This document shows, one piece after another, positions 30,687 to 38,453 of a stretch of DNA of 56,778 bases. A program made the position numbers and the translations under genes. Positions within the stretch are counted from its first letter, which is position 1; each line of letters starts with the position of its first letter. The stretch comes from a virus (lineage: Duplodnaviria; Caudoviricetes): IMG/VR virus record IMGVR_UViG_3300025892_000024, positions 1 through 56,778 of that record. One strand, 5' to 3'. Under the pieces are notes generated by a model. The model saw nothing but the letters and a program-made list of their open reading frames with translations, was not told the DNA's origin and did no database searches.

Positions 30687-33600
30687 ATCACGAACCAAGG
30701 TCAAACCCCATCATGCGTTTGAAAAAGATGAAAAAGCCGAAAGGACGAAAACTTAGAGGCGAAGTTAATCCGATTGTTCGTAAAATGTTCCGTCGAGACC
30801 AGAATGGTGTTGTCGGTGCTATTGCTTATTCTAGTAAAAGAGAGGCGAAAAAACAATTCAATTCCAAAAGTTATGTATGGGAATTCGAGAATAAATATCC
30901 TGGAGAAATATTCGAATACCATTTAGAAAAGCAGGTCATTACCGGTGTTGTAAGGGGTAGCGATTGGAAAAAGATTAGACCAAGGCTGCACCCCTTAGAT
31001 GGCAGCCCTTACACAACATCAGATATACAACAAGTGAGAGCTGCGGACGAAGCGCCGAAAAGTACCCTGATATCTTTACTGACTGACAAAGAGGTTGTTT
31101 CACACAATAACCCATACGACCCCGAAATCATAATCACTGCACCACATACATTCGATGACAAAAAAGAAGACGGCCACGATACTGATTGGTTATCCGAATC
31201 ATTAGCAGATGAACTACACAGCACTCTTCACAATAGAGGAGTTCCTGTATTACTCCTAAAGGGCGAAATAGATCGTGATGACTTGGACTTAAACAGGCTT
31301 GAATCTGAAAATCACGAGTTCCACAAAACACTAGATGATACCTTGCCTCAAGCAGATATGTTATTCGATATACATTCTTACCCGCCTTACTATCCTGTAT
31401 GGGCTGACTACGACATTGTATTATTTCATAATGGGCCATATCATACAGATGAAGACAACTTGGATACTCTTGAACTATTTGAGTACATACAAAAGAGAAT
31501 TCCAGACGCTTCAATATACATTGAATTAGCTAATGAAACACAACACTTCATTCAAAACAAGGGGCTATCTTACGATTTGAGTTCTTTCTTGATTGAGATA
31601 AATGAAACTAGGACTGATTTAGTTGAGGACTTAGCAGAAGCTTTAGCAGATTTCGCATTGGGAGTTTCACCAAATCCACCGAGTTTATTGCCAGAAGGAG
31701 CAAGATATCACCAATTCACTATTTCGCTCCCCCTTTCGACTCCATTGAACAAAAAATTAGTATTTCCAGAGATAATGGAGTTAGAAATGATTGATAAAGG
31801 ATTTACCCTGCGTAAAAAGACATTAGACAGGGTAACAGGTACTATTACAGATTTTCTTACATTTGGGTTGCCACCAGGTATGGACGAAAGACCAACTATC
31901 GGCCTTCAAAGGGGGAAAAAAGATGCTTTGTTGAGAAAAGCAGAACACCTTACGAATGATGAAGTTATCTTGATTCAAGACTTAATCACAGAGTCAGCGG
32001 AAAAACAACCCATCATGAATCCCTTTGAACCTGAGAAAGATGCAAGGAAAGAATTGAAAGACATAGGCGTTGAGGGTAACAAAGACATTGATAAGGTTGT
32101 AAAGTATATTCAAACTGGAAATGTATCGGCTTTTACGGGTTGGAACAACAATAGGAAAAAGAAAAACATTAACCATTTGACTGATGAACAGTATAAAAAA
32201 ATAGTAGCTATGTTTGATTCAGGGCTGTCAGAAAATAGCACTGACAATGAAATCAAAGAGGCACTTAGGAAATACAATATAGATGAGCCCAAAAAGGGCA
32301 ATAAACTAAATCGTAGCAAAGCACTACAAAAGTTTCACATCGTAGGGGATTTTTCCGAAGATGAAGATTTGGAAAAAGAATTGAAGTACAGGAACATCAA
32401 TGTCTCTAAGAAAGGAGATAAGTTAGATCGAGAAAAGGCACTAGGGCAATTGGCTTCTAAAGCTCAAATAAAAGCAACAAAACTTACTGACTTTGTTGAA
32501 GCCAAAGCACAAAAGATGAAACTTTCAACAGATGTCACAAAGTCGATTATGGAAGCTATCATCCCCGGCGCATCAAAAACAATAGCGCCTGGTTCCCAAA
32601 CTGATACAAGGGAAAGAAGAAAGATTGATGGTAAATTTATGACGAACAACGAGTTCAAAAATAAGTTCAAGCCGAAAAATAAACAGGATTGGAATAAATG
32701 GAATCAGGCTCAAAAGGAAAAGCCTACCAATCAAAAAGGTCAAGGTAATGCTAAAGAGGACGATTGGAGTAAAGAGTTTAAGCTAATTGATGGCTACAAA
32801 ACCAGCAAAAGAGATTGGCGCAGTAAACAGGGCAGAGTGCCTAATTGGGACGAATGGAATAATGCACCTAAAGCCAATCCTCCAGTAGTAGCAATTCCTT
32901 CGGAGGGTAAATTCGTTATGGATGTGACAGATGAAGTAGTTAGAGATGCCACAATTTCTGTAATCAAAGGCAAACCCGAATTAGATGTGCAAGGAGTAGC
33001 CACTGGAGAAACCCTTGACAAAAAAATGGGCAATATCATCAGAATCAATATGTTTAGAAAATCAGCCGGCTTCAAACTAAGTAGGGGCGATGCAAACACA
33101 GATTATGTGATTTCTATTGAGACTGGTGGCAAGCACTTCTATGTTAAATCAAAAGTGAATATTGATGGTTTAGCAATCTTGAAACACTTCCCTACAAAGA
33201 AAAGCGAACCAAGACTAAGAGTTGAAACAAGGGGTATGTTACAGTTTGGAAATAAATCCGGCTTCATCAGAGTACGAGGCAAAACCCATGACCTATACGA
33301 TTCAGTTAAAATTAGTCAATTGTTGTTGAATCCAACTAGATATGCTCAACAGTATTTGGACGACCATATACCAATTGAAGATTCAAAGATTCCAACATCT
33401 TACAAGAAGTACAAACTAGAGGGCCCTATTGGTTCAACCGAATTCTTTGAACAGATATCGGCAAAAATGCAAAACTTTGGTGAAGGCCAAGGTTGGGTAA
33501 AAGACGGCCACCTGTATTGGAGGAAGGGCAACAATGCAGATAACTACGTGAATGTTGATGGATTGATGATAGAAGGCGGTGAAGCTTGGATGCACACCCA

Positions 33601-34006
33601 CCCTGCTGCTTGGGAGCCATCGCAAACAAGTCCAGACGATTTCAAAGTCATGCATGGTATGTTTACTGTGCATGGTGTAAAAGATTTCTTTACTATAATA
33701 GCAGATAGAATTGACTGGTTTAGGTTCTCTAAGAAAGAAAAATTAGAAGATATGGTTGAAGTGATTGAAGAATTTGAAAGCGATATTGAAACTGAATTCG
33801 ATGTAGCCGAACAAAATTTTGTGAACAAAATGGGTGAAGAACCATACCTGACTTCTGAACTTACTAAATACATAACAAACCATTTCAATAAAACCATTCC
33901 AGAGTTCCAAGCAAAATATAGGGCATACATGCTGTCTCCTTCACAAATCAACCAAAGAACTAAGAAAAATCCACCAGATATGATTGACATACATGGCTTT
34001 TACTAA
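30683..34006 (+). CDS. Second modular polyprotein (1107 aa) with NP(P)-delimited domains
   Basis: ATGA overlap with GGGGG SD; NP/NPP at 30704, 31109, 31673, 32018, 32876, 33329 and 33968 separating modules. Confidence 0.9.
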   Translation: MNHEPRSNPIMRLKKMKKPKGRKLRGEVNPIVRKMFRRDQNGVVGAIAYSSKREAKKQFNSKSYVWEFENKYPGEIFEYHLEKQVITGVVRGSDWKKIRPRLHPLDGSPYTTSDIQQVRAADEAPKSTLISLLTDKEVVSHNNPYDPEIIITAPHTFDDKKEDGHDTDWLSESLADELHSTLHNRGVPVLLLKGEIDRDDLDLNRLESENHEFHKTLDDTLPQADMLFDIHSYPPYYPVWADYDIVLFHNGPYHTDEDNLDTLELFEYIQKRIPDASIYIELANETQHFIQNKGLSYDLSSFLIEINETRTDLVEDLAEALADFALGVSPNPPSLLPEGARYHQFTISLPLSTPLNKKLVFPEIMELEMIDKGFTLRKKTLDRVTGTITDFLTFGLPPGMDERPTIGLQRGKKDALLRKAEHLTNDEVILIQDLITESAEKQPIMNPFEPEKDARKELKDIGVEGNKDIDKVVKYIQTGNVSAFTGWNNNRKKKNINHLTDEQYKKIVAMFDSGLSENSTDNEIKEALRKYNIDEPKKGNKLNRSKALQKFHIVGDFSEDEDLEKELKYRNINVSKKGDKLDREKALGQLASKAQIKATKLTDFVEAKAQKMKLSTDVTKSIMEAIIPGASKTIAPGSQTDTRERRKIDGKFMTNNEFKNKFKPKNKQDWNKWNQAQKEKPTNQKGQGNAKEDDWSKEFKLIDGYKTSKRDWRSKQGRVPNWDEWNNAPKANPPVVAIPSEGKFVMDVTDEVVRDATISVIKGKPELDVQGVATGETLDKKMGNIIRINMFRKSAGFKLSRGDANTDYVISIETGGKHFYVKSKVNIDGLAILKHFPTKKSEPRLRVETRGMLQFGNKSGFIRVRGKTHDLYDSVKISQLLLNPTRYAQQYLDDHIPIEDSKIPTSYKKYKLEGPIGSTEFFEQISAKMQNFGEGQGWVKDGHLYWRKGNNADNYVNVDGLMIEGGEAWMHTHPAAWEPSQTSPDDFKVMHGMFTVHGVKDFFTIIADRIDWFRFSKKEKLEDMVEVIEEFESDIETEFDVAEQNFVNKMGEEPYLTSELTKYITNHFNKTIPEFQAKYRAYMLSPSQINQRTKKNPPDMIDIHGFY
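31115..31672 (+). other. N-formylglutamate amidohydrolase-like (Zn-exopeptidase fold) module
   Basis: IITAPH...D...DLNR...FH...LFDIHSY...DIVL...FLIEINE; bounded by NP 31109 and NPP 31673. Confidence 0.75.
33335..33967 (+). other. JAB/MPN-like metal-binding module
   Basis: E...WMHTHP...SPDD (HxH-x-SxxD) at 33593; bounded by NP 33329 and NPP 33968. Confidence 0.7.
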
Positions 34007-34015
34007 GCGTTTCAT

Positions 34016-34036
34016 TGATAGGGACAAAACACTTCC
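34016..34036 (+). promoter_or_regulatory. 21-bp element TGATAGGGACAAAACACTTCC just upstream of the chaperonin ATG
   Basis: 19/21 identical to a minus-strand copy at 42530-42550 that lies a similar distance before the RHH gene ATG. Confidence 0.65.
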
Positions 34037-34043
34037 CCGTTTC

Positions 34044-35540
34044 ATGGATGATAATAAAATCATTAGTGGCCGAGAGGCGCAACGATGGATTGTAGATACT
34101 GCGATGGAAATGGCTGATGCAGTTAGGCACACCTTGGGTCCAAAAGGAATGGATATGATGCTTGTAGATCGTATCGGAAATAAGGTGCTCACTAACGATG
34201 GCGCAACAATACTCCGTTCTTTGGAAACCAAAGACCCCGTAGCTTCAATTATTGCTGAGGTAGCGAAAAGTCAAGAGCAAAACGCATTCGATGGAACTAC
34301 CACATGTATTGTTGTGATGGGGGAGCTATTGAGGCGAGCAGACGAATTAATTTCAAGGGGAGTTCACCCAAATGCAATCATCAAGGGATACAGGCTCGGT
34401 TTAGGCGAGGCATTGGAATCTGCGAAGACGCACAGTATTGAGAAAGAACCGTATGAAGCTGGAAGGGCCGCAGCAAGAACGGCAATCACTGGTAAATCTG
34501 CAGAAGACTTTGTTGATGTTCTAAGCGATATTTGTTCACGTGCTGCTATGATTTCAAAACCAAGTGATATGATGCTTCTTACAATACCAGGTAATACAAA
34601 TGATGCAGAACTGATTGAAGGCCTTGTTTTACTAAAATCACCCGCTACGGCTGGTATGCCATCTAAGACGACTGGAAAGGTTGCTTTGATTGAGCAAGAC
34701 TTGGCCCCACCTCAAGCGCAAGTAACTCTAAACGACCCAGCCAAAATCGCAGAAATCGTCGAAATACAACAGAAATTCATTGAACATACTGTGAATAACT
34801 TCGTTAAACATGAAGTCAAAGCTATATTCTGCCAAAAGAACATCGATTCGAAAGTCCTTCAACTATTGAGGACAAACGGAATTGTAGCATTCCGGCACAT
34901 CAAAAGAAGCAACATGCTCAAACTAGCATCATCGATGGATTGCCATGTCATAAGCGATTTTGCAGATGTAAACGAAGAGGACTTGGGTCATGGCGAGGTC
35001 GAGGTTGTTGAATCAGTAAATGATTACGTGACAATCAAAGGCGAACACATTCAAGCCGCTTCAATCATTATGCCAGCGCCAACTGAACAGTCTGGAGAGG
35101 AATTTCAAAGAGCAATGGAGGACGCTCTTGGTGTTGCTTATCTTGCTGTAAAAGACCGCAGGTTGGTGCCCGGTGCTGGAACAATTCAATCTTTGATGTC
35201 TTATGACCTACTCAACTGTGAACAACAGTACACGGGTAAAGTCGAAGTAGCACGTAAGGCATTCGCTGAATCTTTACTAATCATTCCTCAAACACTTGCT
35301 GAATCTGCAGGTATGGATATTATGGACGTGACAGTACACCTACAAAAAGAACCGAGCTTGGGAGTAAATGTCGATGAAATGGAACTTATGACAATGCTAG
35401 TGTTTGAACCTTTAGCAGTTGTAGAATCCGCACTAAATGGGGCTGTTGAGAATGCTGTATCTCTTCTTAGGACACACTCTATCATCTTAGCGAAACCTAT
35501 TCAAGAGATATTTGCAGAGGCGGAAAGGAGGAAAGACTGA
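34044..35540 (+). CDS. Group II chaperonin (thermosome subunit), 498 aa from ATG 34044
   Basis: TLGPKGMDMMLVD, TNDGATIL, DGTTT, GVHPNAIIKGY, TAITGK, VPGAG, IIPQTLAESAG, VFEP: thermosome/CCT signatures rather than GroEL. Confidence 0.95.
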   Translation: MDDNKIISGREAQRWIVDTAMEMADAVRHTLGPKGMDMMLVDRIGNKVLTNDGATILRSLETKDPVASIIAEVAKSQEQNAFDGTTTCIVVMGELLRRADELISRGVHPNAIIKGYRLGLGEALESAKTHSIEKEPYEAGRAAARTAITGKSAEDFVDVLSDICSRAAMISKPSDMMLLTIPGNTNDAELIEGLVLLKSPATAGMPSKTTGKVALIEQDLAPPQAQVTLNDPAKIAEIVEIQQKFIEHTVNNFVKHEVKAIFCQKNIDSKVLQLLRTNGIVAFRHIKRSNMLKLASSMDCHVISDFADVNEEDLGHGEVEVVESVNDYVTIKGEHIQAASIIMPAPTEQSGEEFQRAMEDALGVAYLAVKDRRLVPGAGTIQSLMSYDLLNCEQQYTGKVEVARKAFAESLLIIPQTLAESAGMDIMDVTVHLQKEPSLGVNVDEMELMTMLVFEPLAVVESALNGAVENAVSLLRTHSIILAKPIQEIFAEAERRKD

Positions 35541-35803
35541 TGATACATAGCGTTTCGATAATTAAAGTCATAAAAAACGATGAAGATCCGTTTGAGTGGG
35601 AACAGGAGTTACCAAAAGAACTGTTCAAATCGAAGTATAAGTTTGACGGAGGAGATATTGGGCCTTTTGGAGATACAGATGAACCGGTGAAAAGAACATT
35701 GTTTTGGTATCCGAAAAAATCAGAAGTAGCAGAAGAACTTTGTAACTTGATAGTAAAACATGGGTATAGGGCAACAAGAGAGTACATACCAACGATTGAT
35801 TGA
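35540..35803 (+). CDS. Hypothetical protein (87 aa)
   Basis: TGATG overlap with the chaperonin; AGGAGG SD. Confidence 0.7.
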   Translation: MIHSVSIIKVIKNDEDPFEWEQELPKELFKSKYKFDGGDIGPFGDTDEPVKRTLFWYPKKSEVAEELCNLIVKHGYRATREYIPTID

Positions 35804-35804
35804 T

Positions 35805-35945
35805 ATGAAAAAAATATGCCCAAAACGAAAAGGGGGCAAAACCTGTTCGCCAGTTCTAAGGAACAATGGTCGTTTTATCTGCGTTGATTGCGGGCAAGAT
35901 GTGAAAAGGGGCAAAAAAAGGAGCGCCTTTACACAAACAGATTAG
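35805..35945 (+). CDS. Small Zn-finger protein (46 aa)
   Basis: MKKICPKRKGGKTCSPV...ICVDCG; ATG immediately after the upstream stop. Confidence 0.55.
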   Translation: MKKICPKRKGGKTCSPVLRNNGRFICVDCGQDVKRGKKRSAFTQTD

Positions 35946-36709
35946 TCTCCATATCCGCCTAAACTATCCTTTACCAAATTGACGAGGGTTGAATCTACTC
36001 CAGGCAGAGGTAATGGAGAATGGAGCCTTAGAACATCATCACCGGCAAAAATGTAAGCGAAATAATAGGGGTGAGTTCTCAACCAACTTTTTACTTTAGA
36101 GTAAGCGCCTAGTCCTTGATTTTTCAAGTAATCCTCACGCTCACGCATGAAAAACAAAATACTGTTATTGCATTGGGAATATACTTGCTTGTTGATGTCC
36201 TGTATTCTTTGACCTAAAGCTATCATCAATATCTTCTTCCCTAATCCAGTTGTAGCTAGTCTCTGTAAGCCTTTATGCTTTGACTGATTCCCTGCATAAA
36301 GTTGAATTTCATCAATGAATAAAGCGAAATGGCGGTTTTTGTGCCCTGAAACGGGCGGTTTGTCTGATTTGAGGGTGAAGAGTAAGTTCACTATTTCAGT
36401 CAGCGCCTGCGATCTTGAATCATCTCCCGGCGGACGATAAATAATTCTTGAAGTCTTTAGCATCAAGTGGCCCATCAAGTCTTTTATGTTTCGAACTATG
36501 ACACCATACTTTACAACTGCATCATCATGCTTGGTATCTACGAATATGTAACATGGGTTAGTTCTATTATCTAAGAATCCACAAGTGAACAAACGCATGG
36601 CGGCAGTTGTTTTTCCATACTGTGTCTGCCCAGCAATTACTGTATGTCCTTTTGATAACGCCTTGAACAAAGGTTCCTCTGATGTGATGATGGGTAAAGG
36701 AGAGTCCAC
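35942..36709 (-). CDS. FtsK/HerA-superfamily ATPase, putative genome-packaging ATPase
   Basis: Walker A GQTQYGKT, FVDTK, Walker B LFIDEIQ, GQR motif, compact 255 aa; GGTGA SD with GTG start. Confidence 0.85.
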   Translation of the reverse strand: MDSPLPIITSEEPLFKALSKGHTVIAGQTQYGKTTAAMRLFTCGFLDNRTNPCYIFVDTKHDDAVVKYGVIVRNIKDLMGHLMLKTSRIIYRPPGDDSRSQALTEIVNLLFTLKSDKPPVSGHKNRHFALFIDEIQLYAGNQSKHKGLQRLATTGLGKKILMIALGQRIQDINKQVYSQCNNSILFFMREREDYLKNQGLGAYSKVKSWLRTHPYYFAYIFAGDDVLRLHSPLPLPGVDSTLVNLVKDSLGGYGD

Positions 36710-36713
36710 TTAA

Positions 36714-36977
36714 TCACCGACCATTACGTGATTTTCTCCGTCGCCTTCTGCTATCAAGTATTTGTTTCAACTCTTCTGGAGACAGATTCAGTACCATTGT
36801 AAGATATGTAATAACCAAATTAGACCGGCTCCTATTTTCGCTTTCGGCACGCTTCTCGACTTGCTGGTGCAGTTCGTGAGGCAATCTGATAGTCATAGTA
36901 TGGGTGCTGTTTGCTGGTTTGTCCGTTCCCATAGGTGTGTCGAAGGCGTTTATCCTTTTGAATTGCATGGAATACAT
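36714..36977 (-). CDS. Ribbon-helix-helix (Arc/CopG-like) transcription regulator; start uncertain
   Basis: TMTIRLPHELHQQVEKRAESENRSRSNLVITYL. Confidence 0.85.
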   Translation of the reverse strand: MYSMQFKRINAFDTPMGTDKPANSTHTMTIRLPHELHQQVEKRAESENRSRSNLVITYLTMVLNLSPEELKQILDSRRRRRKSRNGR

Positions 36978-37021
36978 TTGAACTCATTGTATTCGCTTTG
37001 AAACTGTTGTTTTGCATCTCC

Positions 37022-37029
37022 TATAATAA
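37022..37029 (+). promoter_or_regulatory. Candidate TATA box (TATAATAA) for a leaderless transcript starting near ATG 37053
   Basis: AT-rich box 24-31 nt before the ATG in a divergent intergenic gap; no SD before 37053. Confidence 0.45.
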
Positions 37030-37052
37030 GGGAACCTACTTGACCAATACTC

Positions 37053-38438
37053 ATGGCGGGCAATCAACTACTCCTGATAAACCCGCCCAAAAAAGGTGGA
37101 AGAAAAATGGCTAATAGAAGTAAAGCATCAAGATCGGCAGCCGCTAAAAAGGCAGCAGCAACAAGAAAGAGAAACGCATCAAAGAGAAGCGCAGCAGCTA
37201 AGAAAGCAGCAGCAACTCGAAAAAGAAATGCTTCCAAGGGTAAGCGCAAAGCAACCCGTTCATCAAAATCTTCTCGAAGCGCAGCAGCTAAGAAAGCAGC
37301 AGCAACTCGCAAGCGTAATGCAAGCAAGAGAAGTGCAGCAGCTAAGAAAGCAGCAGCAACTCGTAAAAGAAATGCTTCAAAGGGCAAGAGAAAATCAGTC
37401 CGTTCCACAAAAGCTTCTCGAAGTGCAGCAGCAAAGAAAGCAGCAGCAACTCGCAAGCGCAATGCAAGCAAGAGAAAATCTGCAGCAAAGAAAGCAGCAG
37501 CAACTCGCAAGCGTAACGCAAGAAAGGGTAGCCGCAAATCTGGCCGACCAACTGCAGCAAAACGCAGAGCAGCCGCAAAGAAAGCAGCAGCAACTCGCAA
37601 GCGCAATGCAAGCAAGAGAAGTCGTGCAGCAAAGAAAGCAGCAGCAACTCGCAAGCGTAATGCTGGCAAGAGAAAAGGTTCCAGAAAGGCTCGCAAAATG
37701 GGCGTTGCAAAGCAAGGCAAGTCAGTTTATGATTCATTCATGAAAGGAACTGATATGTTAGTCCCAGGAATGATTACAGTAGGAACTGCACTAGTTGGCA
37801 TGGGTCTTTACAACTCTATCAAATCTATGGCATGGGACAGATTCAATGTCACTGGTTCAACCGGATACATCCAGCAAGCAGCAGACATGATTCCAGTAAT
37901 TACTCCATCCATGGCAGCAGACCTTGGTAACTTTGGAAACAAAGCTCTACACACCGGCTCAGTTGCAGCACTTGGTTACTTACTATCCAACAAGAAAGCA
38001 CTGGGGCTAATCGATTCCAAACTAGCAATGAGTGTAGTCAAACTAACAGGATTGTTCTACGCTGCTCAAATGGTTACTGAATTACAAACCTACAACATTG
38101 GTGGCGCATTCAGAAGCTTAGCAATGGGTGACTTCTCTGGTGCTATGAATGAAATCGGCGGAAGTGCAACTGCTCCTCAGACCTATGGTACTCTAGGAAT
38201 GGCTCACGGAAATGTCGGCGGCGCTCACAACAACATGGGTATGTATCATGTTGGAGGCGGTCACATGGGATCTGTAACCAACAAGAAGTTCTTCGGCGCT
38301 CACAACGGCGCTATGATGCTTCCTCAGAATGTATCTGCTCCAACTGCAGCGACTCAAGCAATGGGTGGCCCAGGTGCAAACGCATTCTTTGGGACAAAAG
38401 GCAGAGGGCTTGGTAGCAGCCGTGTAAACCTCTTTTGA
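37053..38438 (+). CDS. Histone-H1-like basic DNA-condensing/core protein with membrane domain
   Basis: N-terminal LLINPP, 8 x AAKKAAATRKRNA, then hydrophobic helices and a Gly/Met-rich tail ending GLGSSRVNLF. Confidence 0.85.
   Translation: MAGNQLLLINPPKKGGRKMANRSKASRSAAAKKAAATRKRNASKRSAAAKKAAATRKRNASKGKRKATRSSKSSRSAAAKKAAATRKRNASKRSAAAKKAAATRKRNASKGKRKSVRSTKASRSAAAKKAAATRKRNASKRKSAAKKAAATRKRNARKGSRKSGRPTAAKRRAAAKKAAATRKRNASKRSRAAKKAAATRKRNAGKRKGSRKARKMGVAKQGKSVYDSFMKGTDMLVPGMITVGTALVGMGLYNSIKSMAWDRFNVTGSTGYIQQAADMIPVITPSMAADLGNFGNKALHTGSVAALGYLLSNKKALGLIDSKLAMSVVKLTGLFYAAQMVTELQTYNIGGAFRSLAMGDFSGAMNEIGGSATAPQTYGTLGMAHGNVGGAHNNMGMYHVGGGHMGSVTNKKFFGAHNGAMMLPQNVSAPTAATQAMGGPGANAFFGTKGRGLGSSRVNLF
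37137..37664 (+). repeat. Coding repeat: 8 copies of (A)AAKKAAATRKRNA
   Basis: GCAGCWAAGAAAGCAGCAGCAACT-type units are visible directly. Confidence 0.95.
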
Positions 38439-38453
38439 ATAGGGGGTTTCTAA

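Noticed and set aside
22317-34006. Inteins, stop-codon reassignment or mis-assembly as explanations for the giant ORFs
   Set aside because: No C/S...HN-C/S/T intein ends or LAGLIDADG motifs seen; ORFs are open in the standard code and all three stops are used normally; regular NP(P) linkers argue against random chimerism
33984-34043. Chaperonin start at TTG 33984 or ATG 33993
   Set aside because: Overlaps the previous gene and spans the conserved 21-bp upstream element; ATG 34044 fits better
37064-37743. Several 100-220 aa alternative-frame ORFs (Q-rich, A/L/F-rich, Cys-rich)
   Set aside because: Stop-free by-products of the GCAGCA-rich repeat in the basic protein
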